DNA from: Candidatus Rokuibacteriota bacterium
GTDB taxonomy: Bacteria > JAUVQV01 > DATDCY01
Direction of reading: 5' to 3'
Assembly: GCA_031406795.1 (NCBI GenBank)
Contig: JANOHV010000218.1
Location: 1-36,764 of the forward strand
DNA: 36,764 bases
Shown here one piece after another: positions 15,900 through 25,401 of this stretch (positions within the stretch are counted from its first letter, which is position 1; each line of letters begins with the position of its first letter). The notes beneath the pieces were generated by a model. It saw only the letters and a program-made list of their open reading frames with translations, had not been told where the DNA came from and did no database searches. The position numbers and the translations under genes were made by a program.

Positions 15900-15968
15900 G
15901 GGAGGGTCTGAAACCCTCCCCTACATCCCGGATCGGGAACAACGTAGGGGCGGGATTTATTCCCGCCC
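15900..15968. repeat. Inverted pair of GTAG-type REP elements (REPIN/BIME-like)
   Basis: GGGAGGGTCTGAAACCCTCCCCTAC (15900-15924, minus-strand REP) and GTAGGGGCGGGATTTATTCCCGCCC (15944-15968), each a hairpin, with a small TCCCG-GAT-CGGGA hairpin in the spacer. Confidence 0.7.
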
Positions 15969-15999
15969 GAAAGGCATAACCGCAGAAGGAGCGAGGATC

Positions 16000-17505
16000 A
16001 TGGTTGCTGACGAAGAGACGGTGGCGGGAAAGCGGCGTTCCCGGAAAGGGATCGTCATCGGGCTGATCGCGCTGCTGCTGATCGCGGGGGGCGGGGCCGC
16101 CTGGTACGGCGGGTTGTTCCACGAGCATGGCGCCGGCGAGAAAGCCACGGGCGAGAAGTACACCTGCGGCATGCACCCCTGGATCATTACGGACAAGCCC
16201 GGCGACTGCCCCATCTGCGGCATGAAGCTCACGAAGATCGAAAAGCAACCCGAAGCGGGCAAGGCGTCGGCGGGCGCGGCCGCGCCGAAGAAAGAGGCTG
16301 AGGATTTCTTCGCGGACATGAAGCCCGAAGGCGGCGCGAAGCGCAAAGTGCTCTTCTACCGCAACCCGATGGACCCGATGGTCACTTCGCCGACGCCGGC
16401 GAAGGACGACATGGGCATGGACTACGTGCCGGTCTACGAGGACGAGGCCGTGCCGCCGGCGGCGGGCGCCGCCGAGGGGCTGGCCACGGTGCGCGTGGGG
16501 GAGGACGTTTTGCGACGCTCGGGGGTGCAGACCGCGCCCGCCGTCCGCGCCACTGCCGGGAGGAGCATCCGCACGGTCGGGATCGTGGTCCCGGACGAGA
16601 CGCGGGTCCGCCACGTCCAGCCGAAGTTCGAGGGGTGGGTCGAGAAGCTGCACGTGAACTACACGGGCCAGTACGTCGCCGCCGGGGAGCCCCTGGCCTC
16701 GATCTACTCGCCCGAGCTGCTGGCGACCCAGGAGGAGTACCTGCGCGCGAAGAAGACCGCCGCGCAGTTCACCGCCTCGCCCGACCCGCAGGTCCGCAGC
16801 ATCGGCGAAGACCTCGTCCGGTCGGCACGGCGGCGCCTGGAGCTCTACGACGTCCCCGCGAGTTTCATCGCGGCGCTCGAAAAGCGGGGGACGCCGCAGA
16901 AGGCGGTGACCATCGTCGCCCCGTTCGCCGGCTACGTCACCGTGAAGGGCGTTTTCGAAGGGCACAAGGTCGATCCCGCCACCGAGTTGTTCGCGCTGAC
17001 GGACCTCTCGAAGGTCTGGATCGAGGCCTCGCTTTACGAGTACGAGGCCAGCGCCGCCGCGGTCGGCAAACAGGCGACCCTCACCATCGCCCAGCAGCCG
17101 GATCTCGCGCTCACCGGGCGGGTGACCTTCGTCAGCCCCGTCATCTCCCCCGACAGCCGGACGCTGACGGTGCGTTTCGAGTTCCCGAACCCGGGACTGG
17201 TGCTCAAGCCGCAGATGTACGTCGACGTCTCCCTCGCCCTCGAAGCCTCCGCGGGTGTCATCGTCCCGGACGCCGCACTGATGGACACGGGGCTGCGCAC
17301 CGTGGTCTTCGTGGAAACCGAGCCGGGCAGTTTCGAACCGCGCGCCGTCACCGTGGGGGTGCGCGGTGACGGCAAAGCCGAGATTCTCAGCGGGGTGCGC
17401 GAGGGCGAGCTGGTCGCCGTGAAGGCCAATTTTCTGCTGGACTCGGAATCCCGCCTCCGGGCCGCGATCGAGCGCATGACCACCGGCAAGGGCGCCGCGA
17501 AATGA
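16000..17505 (+). CDS. cusB: CusB-type RND periplasmic adaptor with two N-terminal heavy-metal-binding domains
   Basis: TM anchor; YTCGMHPWI..PGDCPICGMKL; FYRNPMDP..KDDMGMDYVPVY; IYSPELLATQEEY; NFLLDSESRL. Confidence 0.9.
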   Translation: MVADEETVAGKRRSRKGIVIGLIALLLIAGGGAAWYGGLFHEHGAGEKATGEKYTCGMHPWIITDKPGDCPICGMKLTKIEKQPEAGKASAGAAAPKKEAEDFFADMKPEGGAKRKVLFYRNPMDPMVTSPTPAKDDMGMDYVPVYEDEAVPPAAGAAEGLATVRVGEDVLRRSGVQTAPAVRATAGRSIRTVGIVVPDETRVRHVQPKFEGWVEKLHVNYTGQYVAAGEPLASIYSPELLATQEEYLRAKKTAAQFTASPDPQVRSIGEDLVRSARRRLELYDVPASFIAALEKRGTPQKAVTIVAPFAGYVTVKGVFEGHKVDPATELFALTDLSKVWIEASLYEYEASAAAVGKQATLTIAQQPDLALTGRVTFVSPVISPDSRTLTVRFEFPNPGLVLKPQMYVDVSLALEASAGVIVPDAALMDTGLRTVVFVETEPGSFEPRAVTVGVRGDGKAEILSGVREGELVAVKANFLLDSESRLRAAIERMTTGKGAAK

Positions 17506-20500
17506 TCCCCGCGCATCCGCCCGGCGGGAATCTCTCGCCCATCCAGCGCCTCATCAGGTTCTGCGCGCAGAACCGGGCGCTGACGCTCCTCGGCGTCGCC
17601 GTGCTCTGCGCGATGGCGTTCTACACGCTCAAGCAGATCCGCCTCGACGCGCTGCCCGATCTGTCGGACACCCAGGTCATTGTCTACTCGCGCTGGGACC
17701 GCTCCCCCGACATCATCGAGGACCAGGTCACCTACCCCATCGTCAGCGCGCTGCTCGGAGCGCCGCACGTCAAGGCGATCCGCGGCTTCTCGGACTTCGG
17801 CTTCTCCTATGTCTACGTGATCTTCGAGGACGGCACCGACATCTACTGGGCCCGCTCGCGCGTGCTGGAGTACCTCTCCAAGATCCTCTCGCGGCTGCCC
17901 GACGGGGTTCAGACCGAACTTGGCCCCGATGCGACGGGGGTCGGCTGGGTCTACCAGTACGCCCTCGTCGACCGCTCCGGCCGGCACTCCGCCGACGAGC
18001 TGCGCTCCTTCCAGGACTGGACGCTGCGCTATGCGCTCCAGGCGGTGCCGGGCGTCGCCGAGGTCGCCTCGATCGGAGGCTTCCAGAAGCAGTACCAGAT
18101 CACCGTCGACCCCAACCGCCTCGCCGCCTACGGCCTCTCGCTGGACATGGTCATGGATGCCGTGCGCGCCTCGAACAACGAGGTCGGCGGGCGGCTGATC
18201 GAGTTCGCCGGGGCCGAGTACATGGTGCGGGGCAAGGGCTACGCCCGCAAGCTCTCGGACTTCGAGCAGATCGTCGTCAAGATCGCGCCGGGCGGCGTGC
18301 CGGTGCTGCTCAGAGACATCGCCCGGGTCGAGATCGGGCCGGAGATCCGGCGCGGTGTCTCCGACCTCGACGGTCTCGGCGACCACGTCGGCGGCATCGT
18401 CGTGATGCGCCACGGCGAGAATGCGCTGAACGTGATCGAGCGCGTCCGCAAGCGGATGGAGGAACTCAAGCCCTCGCTCCCTGCCGGCGTGGAATTCGTC
18501 ACGACCTACGACCGCTCCGACCTGATCAACCGCGCGCTGGAGACCCTGAAACACGAGCTGGTGCAGGAGATGATCGTCGTCTCGCTGGTGATCATGCTCT
18601 TTCTCTGGCACATCCCGTCCGCGGTCGTGCCGATCGTCACGATCCCGATCTCGGTGCTCCTCTCCTTCATCCCGCTTTACTTCATGGGGGTGACGATCAA
18701 CATCATGAGCCTCGCGGGGATCGCGATCTCGATCGGGGTGCTCGTGGACGGCGCCATCGTCGAGGTCGAGAACGCCTACAACAAGATCCAGCGCTGGCAG
18801 GCGGCCGGCGGCAAAGGCGATTTCCACGCCGTGCGGCTGGAGGCGCTCATGGAGGTCGGCCCGTCGGTCTTTTTCTCGCTGCTGGTCATCGCCGTGGCCT
18901 TCCTGCCGATCTTCGTGCTCGTCGACCAGGAGGGGCGGCTCTTCAAGCCGCTCGCCTACTCGAAGAACCTGGCGATGGGGATCGCGGCGGTCCTGGCGGT
19001 CACGCTCGACCCGGCGCTGCGGATGATGTTCGCGCGGATCGAGCCTTACACTTTCCGTCCACGCTTCCTGGCCAAGATCGCGACCACCGTGCTCGTCGGG
19101 ACCTACCACCCCGAGGAGCGCCACCCGATCAGCCGGACGATCTTCCGCGTCTATTACCCGGCCTGCCGCTTCGTGCTGCGCCACCCGAAGGCGGTGATCG
19201 GCGCCGCGTTCGGGCTCGTGCTCGTGAGCCTGCCGGTCTACTTCAAGCTCGGCAGCGAGTTCATGCCGCCGCTGAACGAGGGGACGATTCTGTACATGCC
19301 GACCACGCTGCCGGGCATCTCGGTCGCGCAGGCGCAGGAGCTGCTGATCGCCCAGGACAAGGTGCTCAAGTCCTACCCCGAGGTGGAGCGGGTCTTCGGC
19401 AAGGCCGGCCGCGCCGACACCTCCACCGACCCGGCGCCTTTCTCGATGATGGAGACCACGGTCGTGCTCAAACCCCCGGATCAGTGGCGGGGGAAGGAGC
19501 AGTGGTACTCCTCGTGGGCGCCCGGCTGGGTCAAGGCCATACTCCGCCCGATCTGGCCGGACCGCATCTCCTGGGACGAGTTGATCACCGACATGGACGG
19601 CAAGATGCGCTTTCTCGGCAACACCAACGCCTGGACGATGCCGATCAAGGCGCGCATCGACATGCTCTCGACGGGCATGCGCACCCCGGTGGGCATCAAG
19701 ATCTCCGGGGCGGACCTCGGCGAGATCCAGAAGATCGGCGAGCAGCTCGAGGGGATCGTCGGCAAGGTCCCGGGCACCCGCAGCGTCTTCGCCGAGCGCG
19801 TTACCGGCGGCTACTTCGTGGACATCGAGCCGAAGCGCGACCAGATCGCCCGCTACGGCCTGACCATCGACGCGGTGCACCGCGTGATCATCACCGCGGT
19901 CGGCGGCGAGAACGTCACGACCACGATCGAGGGGCGCGAGCGCTACTCCGTCAACATCCGCTACCCGCGCGAACTGCGCGACGACCTCGGGCGGCTCGGG
20001 CGCGTGCTGGTCGCGGTCCCCGGGGCGGCCGGAATGGCCGCGCAGCAGGTGCCGCTCGCCCAGCTCGCGGACATCAAGCTCGTCTCCGGCCCGGCGATGA
20101 TCCGCAACGAGAACGGCTTCCTCTCGGGGTATGTCTACATCGACCTGGCCGGACGGGACATCGGCGGCTTTGTCGCGGCGGCCAAGCAGGCGGTCGATGC
20201 CCAGATCACGCTGCCGCAGGGGTACGTGCTCCAGTGGAGCGGGCAGTACGAGAACATGATGCGCGTGCGCGAGCGGCTGAAAGTCGTCGTGCCGATCACG
20301 CTCGTGCTGATCTTCGTGCTGCTCTACGCCAACACCCGCAGCGCCTTCAAGGCTTCGGTGGTGATGCTGGCGGTGCCCTTCTCGGCGATCGGCGCGATCT
20401 GGCTCTTCTACCTTCTCGACTACAACGTCTCGATCGCGGCCTGGGTCGGCATGATCGCGCTGCTCGGCCTCGACGCCGAGACCGGGGTCTTCATGCTGCT

Positions 20501-20846
20501 CTTCCTCGATCTGGCGTACGACGAAGCGAAGGCGGACGGGAAGCTCCGGACGCACGCCGAGCTCGACGAGGCGATCCTGCACGGCGCCGTCAAGCGCGCC
20601 CGCCCGAAGATGATGACCGTGGCCGCGGCCTTCATGGGCCTGCTGCCGATCATGTGGTCCACCTCCGCCGGCGCCGACGTCATGAAGCGCATCGCGGCGC
20701 CGATGATCGGCGGGCTGGTGACCTCGTTCATCCTCGAGCTGCTCGTCTACCCCGCCATCTACAAGCTCTGGAAACAGCGGGAGATCGGGAAGCACCCCGA
20801 GCCGCACACGGCCACGGACGCCGGGCTCGCCGGCGCCGAGGCATAG
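17502..20846 (+). CDS. cusA: CusA/SilA heavy-metal RND permease (Cu(I)/Ag(I))
   Basis: LDALPDLSDTQVIV, IYWARSRVLEYL, GPDATGVGWVYQY. Met triad equivalents ILYMP, FSMMET, RIDMLSTG. RPKMMT, MKRIAAPMIGG. Confidence 0.95.
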   Translation: MIPAHPPGGNLSPIQRLIRFCAQNRALTLLGVAVLCAMAFYTLKQIRLDALPDLSDTQVIVYSRWDRSPDIIEDQVTYPIVSALLGAPHVKAIRGFSDFGFSYVYVIFEDGTDIYWARSRVLEYLSKILSRLPDGVQTELGPDATGVGWVYQYALVDRSGRHSADELRSFQDWTLRYALQAVPGVAEVASIGGFQKQYQITVDPNRLAAYGLSLDMVMDAVRASNNEVGGRLIEFAGAEYMVRGKGYARKLSDFEQIVVKIAPGGVPVLLRDIARVEIGPEIRRGVSDLDGLGDHVGGIVVMRHGENALNVIERVRKRMEELKPSLPAGVEFVTTYDRSDLINRALETLKHELVQEMIVVSLVIMLFLWHIPSAVVPIVTIPISVLLSFIPLYFMGVTINIMSLAGIAISIGVLVDGAIVEVENAYNKIQRWQAAGGKGDFHAVRLEALMEVGPSVFFSLLVIAVAFLPIFVLVDQEGRLFKPLAYSKNLAMGIAAVLAVTLDPALRMMFARIEPYTFRPRFLAKIATTVLVGTYHPEERHPISRTIFRVYYPACRFVLRHPKAVIGAAFGLVLVSLPVYFKLGSEFMPPLNEGTILYMPTTLPGISVAQAQELLIAQDKVLKSYPEVERVFGKAGRADTSTDPAPFSMMETTVVLKPPDQWRGKEQWYSSWAPGWVKAILRPIWPDRISWDELITDMDGKMRFLGNTNAWTMPIKARIDMLSTGMRTPVGIKISGADLGEIQKIGEQLEGIVGKVPGTRSVFAERVTGGYFVDIEPKRDQIARYGLTIDAVHRVIITAVGGENVTTTIEGRERYSVNIRYPRELRDDLGRLGRVLVAVPGAAGMAAQQVPLAQLADIKLVSGPAMIRNENGFLSGYVYIDLAGRDIGGFVAAAKQAVDAQITLPQGYVLQWSGQYENMMRVRERLKVVVPITLVLIFVLLYANTRSAFKASVVMLAVPFSAIGAIWLFYLLDYNVSIAAWVGMIALLGLDAETGVFMLLFLDLAYDEAKADGKLRTHAELDEAILHGAVKRARPKMMTVAAAFMGLLPIMWSTSAGADVMKRIAAPMIGGLVTSFILELLVYPAIYKLWKQREIGKHPEPHTATDAGLAGAEA

Positions 20847-20878
20847 ACGAACAACCAAACGACAGGAAAGGGAACACG

Positions 20879-21388
20879 ATGAACACGAAGCTGCTGCACA
20901 CCGTCACGCTTGGGGCTCTGCTCACCCTCACGACCGGCCCGTACGCCGCCGCTCTCGACCACGCGCAGATGGATCACTCGAAGATGGGACACGGGACGGC
21001 GGCCGCCGCGACGACGCAGCCCGTGAGCACGGACGTGGAGATTCGCACGGCCGTCGTCAAGGGGTACACCTTGACCTACACCCTCATCGACGTGAAAAAG
21101 CAGATGGCGGCCTCGCCCACGCCGATGACCCACGACATGTCGAAGATCAAGTCGCACCACCTGATGGTCAACCCCGTGGCACCCGACCGCAAACCGGTGA
21201 CCGGCGGCAAAGCCGGGTTCCTCGTCGTGCAGCCGGACAAAGTCGAGGTCAAGGCGATGGCGATGCTGATGGAAGGCGGCTTCGGCGCCGACGTGGATCT
21301 TGTCGCCAAGGGGGACTACAAGATCACGACCAAGATCTCCCTCGGGGACACGACGCTGGTCGACGAGTTCGTCTACACGGTGAAGTAA
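20879..21388 (+). CDS. Exported His/Met-rich protein (169 aa), candidate periplasmic copper chaperone
   Basis: True start ATG 20879 (SD GGAAAGGG) inside track ORF 19484-21388. Signal peptide; DHAQMDHSKMGH, MTHDMSKIKSHHLM, MAMLM; beta-rich C-terminus. Confidence 0.75.
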   Translation: MNTKLLHTVTLGALLTLTTGPYAAALDHAQMDHSKMGHGTAAAATTQPVSTDVEIRTAVVKGYTLTYTLIDVKKQMAASPTPMTHDMSKIKSHHLMVNPVAPDRKPVTGGKAGFLVVQPDKVEVKAMAMLMEGGFGADVDLVAKGDYKITTKISLGDTTLVDEFVYTVK

Positions 21389-21418
21389 ACCGGCGGCACG
21401 CGGCGCAGCCCCCGGTGG

Positions 21419-22864
21419 TCACGGATCGGCGGCTGGCGCCGCGCTCCCCTCGCGGTGCGTGATGCCACGGTGCGCGCGGACGACGGTGACGGTGCAGGGC
21501 GCCTCGGCGACGACCCGCGCGGAGACGCTGCCGAGGAGCCGCCGCAGCGAGGAGCTGCCGCGGGCGCCGATCACGACGTGGTCGACGCCGTTCTCCCGGG
21601 CGTACTCGATGAGCGCGTCCGCCGGGTCGTCGGCCTCGAGAACATGGAAGGAAACCAGTTCGGGGGGCAGGCCGAGGGGCTGCGCCCAGTGTTTGAGTTC
21701 CGCGAGCCGCTGAACTCGCAGGTTGCGACCGTCCTGATCGACATTGGCCTCGACCACGCCGATCTTGAGCAGGGAGCGGACCGTGACGCACGCCAGGCGG
21801 ATGGCGCGACGGTATTCGTAGGTCCGGCGCACGGCGGCGCGCAACGCCTCGGCGAGCGGCTCAGCGCCGGGAGACAGATCGACCGCGGCCATCACGGTCG
21901 GTACCCTCTCCCGCCGCGGCGCGGCCGCCGCGGCCGCGGCCGGCCCGGCCCCCGGCGAGGAGAACTTCCGCGCCAACGCGGCGAAGAACCCGCCCGGCTT
22001 GGCGCAAACGGCTCGCGTAAGCTGAATCTTCCCGGGATCCTTCAGCAGGACTGCGATCTGATCCGCATCCTGATAGCGGCGAGCCGGGTCGACTTCGAGG
22101 CACCCGAGGATCACCTCCTGCAGCCAGTGGGGGCAGGAAGGGCTCACGCGCCGCGGCGGCGCGGGGTCGTGGTAGAGCCGCCGGCGCAGCCCCTCGGTGC
22201 TGGCCGGGTTGCCGAACGGAGGCCGTCCCGTGATCAGGTGGTACAAGATCGCCCCGAGTGCGAAGAGGTCGCTGCGGCTGTCCGTGCGCACCCCCAGCAC
22301 CTGCTCCGGAGCCATGTAGGCCGCGGTTCCCAACGGCGCCCGGAATTGCTCGGCGATGAGATCCGGCAACTGCGCATGGTGCGCGAGGCCGAAGTCGACC
22401 AGGACCACCTCGCCGCTCTTGCGGAAGATCACCGATCGCGGTTTCAGATCCAGATGGACGACCTGCTGGCGATGAATTTCGCGCAGCGCCACGGCGATCT
22501 TCGCCCCCAGGTGCGCCACATCGTCGGCCGCGAACATCACGGCACCAAACCGGTTGTGCAGCGAGGCGCCCGCGACCAGTTCCGTGACGAGGTACGCCCG
22601 GGCCGTGAAATCCCCCGCCGCGACGAAACGCGGAACGTGCGGCCCCGTCAGCCTCGGCAGCACGCGCTGCTCGACCTCGAAGCGGACGATTTCGCTGGCG
22701 TCGTCCCCGCCGACCCGCGGCACCTTGAGCACCAGCGGAAAGTCGATGTCCGGGCGCGTCACCCGCCAGAGCGAGGCCGCGGCCCCGCCGGGAAGCTCGG
22801 CCTCGAGACGAAAGCCCTCGAAGATTGCGCCGGGGGCGAGTTGCTGCGGACCCATCGCGCTCAC
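21419..22864 (-). CDS. Bifunctional Ser/Thr protein kinase - universal stress protein (paralog 2)
   Basis: LVLKVP, HLDLKPRS, DFG, YMAPE, SDLFALG; C-terminal USP (GARG..LLGSVSARVVAEAPCTVTVVR). Start GTG 22864 (overlapping upstream stop) or ATG 22855. Confidence 0.88.
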   Translation of the reverse strand: MSAMGPQQLAPGAIFEGFRLEAELPGGAAASLWRVTRPDIDFPLVLKVPRVGGDDASEIVRFEVEQRVLPRLTGPHVPRFVAAGDFTARAYLVTELVAGASLHNRFGAVMFAADDVAHLGAKIAVALREIHRQQVVHLDLKPRSVIFRKSGEVVLVDFGLAHHAQLPDLIAEQFRAPLGTAAYMAPEQVLGVRTDSRSDLFALGAILYHLITGRPPFGNPASTEGLRRRLYHDPAPPRRVSPSCPHWLQEVILGCLEVDPARRYQDADQIAVLLKDPGKIQLTRAVCAKPGGFFAALARKFSSPGAGPAAAAAAAPRRERVPTVMAAVDLSPGAEPLAEALRAAVRRTYEYRRAIRLACVTVRSLLKIGVVEANVDQDGRNLRVQRLAELKHWAQPLGLPPELVSFHVLEADDPADALIEYARENGVDHVVIGARGSSSLRRLLGSVSARVVAEAPCTVTVVRAHRGITHREGSAAPAADP

Positions 22865-24318
22865 GCGCCCTGTGGCTCGGGCCGACCGTCGGCTGCGACG
22901 CCAGGTGTTTGCCCGGTTTCCGGGGTGCGCACAACGGTGACGGTGCAGGGCGACTCGGCGGCGACGTGGGCCGAAACGCTGCCGATCAGGCGGCGCATCG
23001 TGGAGCTGCCGCGCGCGCCGATGACGATGTGCTCGACCTCGTTGGCACGCGCGTAGTCGACGAGCGCCGCCGCCGGGTCCGGCGACTCGAGGACGTGAAA
23101 CGAGATCTTGCCCGCCGGCAGCTCCAGAGCGTGCGCCCAACGCTTGAGAGCCGTCAGCTGCTGCATGTGAAGGCTTTCCCCGTTTTCATCGACGGCCGGA
23201 TCGAGAGTGACCAGAGAGGTCTTGCGCACGGTGACGCAGGTGAGCCGGGCGCTCTTCTCCGACAGGAAGATGCGCTGCGTCGCAAGGCGCAGCTCCTGCG
23301 ACAGGGCGTCCTCGCCGGGGGAGAGGTCGACGGCAACCATGAGGATCGGCACGGCGTCCAGGTGCCGGGAAACGGCCCAGGCGGCGACCGGGCCTGAGGT
23401 CGCGTACCGCATCCACCCACCCACCGCGCTGAAGAAACCGGCGCGCTCGCTGCGCTCGGCGCGCTCGGTGAGCACGACCTGGCCGGGGTTCTGAAGGGCA
23501 AAGGCGAGTTGCGCCGCGCTGCTGAACCGCCGCGCCGGATCCGCCTCCAGGCAGCGCAGGATGATCTCCTGCAGCCAGTCCGGACAATCCGCGTTGAGGG
23601 ACCGGGGAGGATCGGGCGCGGCGTACAGCCGCCGCCTGAGTCCGGCCTGGCTGGAGTCGCCGCCGAAGGGCAGCTCGCCGGTGACCAGCTCGTACATGAT
23701 CACCCCGAGCGAGAAGATGTCGCTCCGCGGGTCGCTGCGCACCCGCAGCACCTGTTCGGGGGAGATGTAGGCGTCCGTGCCCATCGGCTGGGTGATGACC
23801 TCGGCCATCAGGTCGGGGAGCTGATCGTGCCGCGAGAGGCCGAAATCGATGAACACCGCCTCGCCGCTCTCGCGGAAGAGGATGTTCCCCGGCGTGACGT
23901 CCAGGTGGATGACGTGTTGTCGGTGCAGGTCGTGCAGCGCCGTGGCCACGCGGGCGCCGATGCCGGCGACCTGCTCCGGCTCGAGCGGTCCGCTGCCGAG
24001 CCGGGCTTCGAGGGACGCGCCGGGGACGCGCTCCATGACGATATAGGGCTGGCCGTCCGCATCGCCGGCGGCGACGAAGCGGGGAACGTGCGGCCCTGCG
24101 AGCCGCGGCATGATCATCTGCTCGACCTCGAAACTGACGATCGGCCCCGGCTCGTCGAGGTCGCGCAGCTGGGGGAGCTTCATGAGCATCGGCAGGTCGG
24201 TCCCCTCCCGCGTCACCCGCCAGAGGGTCGCCATCCCGCCCTGGTGAACCTGCTCCTCGAGCGTGAAGCCGTCCAGCGATCCGCCGGGCGCCGGGGCCGT
24301 GCGCGCGCTGCCCGTCAT
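22861..24318 (-). CDS. Bifunctional Ser/Thr protein kinase - universal stress protein (paralog 1)
   Basis: QGGMATLW, LMKLP, HLDVTPGN, DFG, YISPE, SDIFSLG; USP tail GARG..IGSVSAHVAAESPCTVTVVR. ATG 24318 overlaps the phosphoesterase stop. Confidence 0.9.
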   Translation of the reverse strand: MTGSARTAPAPGGSLDGFTLEEQVHQGGMATLWRVTREGTDLPMLMKLPQLRDLDEPGPIVSFEVEQMIMPRLAGPHVPRFVAAGDADGQPYIVMERVPGASLEARLGSGPLEPEQVAGIGARVATALHDLHRQHVIHLDVTPGNILFRESGEAVFIDFGLSRHDQLPDLMAEVITQPMGTDAYISPEQVLRVRSDPRSDIFSLGVIMYELVTGELPFGGDSSQAGLRRRLYAAPDPPRSLNADCPDWLQEIILRCLEADPARRFSSAAQLAFALQNPGQVVLTERAERSERAGFFSAVGGWMRYATSGPVAAWAVSRHLDAVPILMVAVDLSPGEDALSQELRLATQRIFLSEKSARLTCVTVRKTSLVTLDPAVDENGESLHMQQLTALKRWAHALELPAGKISFHVLESPDPAAALVDYARANEVEHIVIGARGSSTMRRLIGSVSAHVAAESPCTVTVVRTPETGQTPGVAADGRPEPQGA

Positions 24319-25061
24319 CAGACCCCCGTCTCCAGCCGCGTGCCGAGCCAGGCCGGCAGCCCGGCCTCGATGATCTTGCGGGAAGCGGTCCCCACGTCGA
24401 ACGGCACGCGATGAAAGGTCAGCTGCCTGCGGGCCAGATCGTGGATCGCATAGCAGGCTGCCGGATTCCCGTCGCGCGGCTGCCCGACGGCTCCCAGCAC
24501 CGCGAGCCAGCGGTGGTGAGCGCCGAGCGGGATGCCGACACCGGCCACCGGGGCGAAATGGGCCACTCTTCCGAGCGATCCCTGGTGAAAAAGCGCGGGC
24601 ACGTGCAGGTGCCCGCAGAACGTGAAGCGCGACAGCGTCGCGTCCAGGCTCCGCCGGGCGTCGGTGGTCGTCGCGACATATTCCCACCCCTCCGGCTTCC
24701 AGGCGTTGGCGTGCACGTACAGGCTGTCCGCGCCCTCGCAGGAGCGGGGCAGACCGGCCAGGAACTCCCGCTGTCCCGGCGTGATGCGCGAGCGCGTCCA
24801 GGCGATGGCGGCCTGCGCATCCTCGCGCATCGTCCGCTCCGCGCCATCGAGCACCGCCGCGTCGTGGTTCCCGATCACGGCGAGGGCGCCCTGCCGCGTG
24901 AGGTCGAGGACGGTATCGAGCACCCACGCGGGGTCCGCGCCGTAGCCGACCAGATCACCGAGAAAGACATACCTTTCGACACCGCTGAACCGGGCGTGGT
25001 GAAGGCAGGCCTCCAGGGCCTCCCGGTTGGCGTGAACGTCGGCGAGCAACGCTATGCGCAT
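24318..25061 (-). CDS. Calcineurin-like metallophosphoesterase (YfcE/PPP-like)
   Basis: DVHAN, GDLVGYG, GNHD, GHLH, GAVGQPRDG. Confidence 0.92.
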   Translation of the reverse strand: MRIALLADVHANREALEACLHHARFSGVERYVFLGDLVGYGADPAWVLDTVLDLTRQGALAVIGNHDAAVLDGAERTMREDAQAAIAWTRSRITPGQREFLAGLPRSCEGADSLYVHANAWKPEGWEYVATTTDARRSLDATLSRFTFCGHLHVPALFHQGSLGRVAHFAPVAGVGIPLGAHHRWLAVLGAVGQPRDGNPAACYAIHDLARRQLTFHRVPFDVGTASRKIIEAGLPAWLGTRLETGV

Positions 25062-25152
25062 GCGCCCAAAATAACAGAAGATCCGGCGGATGACTTCCTT
25101 CCCGCCGGATCCAGGCCAATCCAACCCTCGGGAGGTCGCACCCGCCCCGGAA

Positions 25153-25299
25153 CTACTTCTTCGGCTCGCCCGCGGGGGGGTGGGCCGGCATCTCGACCGC
25201 GTGTTCCGGCTGCATCTCGAGCGCGCCGCCGTGCGTCAGCACATAGTACGACCCGCCGATGAGCAACCCGGCTCCGAGGATAATGTATACCCATTTCAT
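25153..25299 (-). CDS. Small single-pass membrane protein, 48 aa (MKWVYIILGAGLLIGGSYYVLTHGGALEMQPEHAVEMPAHPPAGEPKK)
   Basis: Very strong SD AAAGGAGGTGA 5 nt before the ATG; N-terminal hydrophobic helix; GC3-rich codons. Below the ORF-track size cut-off. Confidence 0.65.
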   Translation of the reverse strand: MKWVYIILGAGLLIGGSYYVLTHGGALEMQPEHAVEMPAHPPAGEPKK

Positions 25300-25331
25300 G
25301 ACCTGTCACCTCCTTTGCTCTCTTGATGATG

Positions 25332-25364
25332 AAAAACCGGCGGGTGGCACTCGCCACCCGCCGG
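25332..25364 (-). terminator. Rho-independent terminator after the MFS gene
   Basis: Perfect 12-bp stem CCGGCGGGTGGC/GCCACCCGCCGG with a 4-nt loop, followed by TTTTT on the minus strand. Confidence 0.8.
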
Positions 25365-25401
25365 CCTGGTCGGTCAACAATAACCGTTCAACAACCCGCG
25401 A

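Noticed and set aside
17034-20858. 1274-aa minus-strand ORF and other long antisense ORFs (229-1797, 7542-8570, 21455-23056, 25405-27054, 27442-28893, 35224-36669)
   Set aside because: They mirror well-supported genes on the opposite strand, have no recognisable motifs, and are expected in high-GC3 DNA.
19484-20878. Long N-terminal extensions of track ORFs (19484-, 33098-, 24927-, 23140-, 12773-, 8512-, 3133-)
   Set aside because: They are alternate-frame overlaps or run through promoter regions; SD-supported or homology-consistent starts lie downstream.
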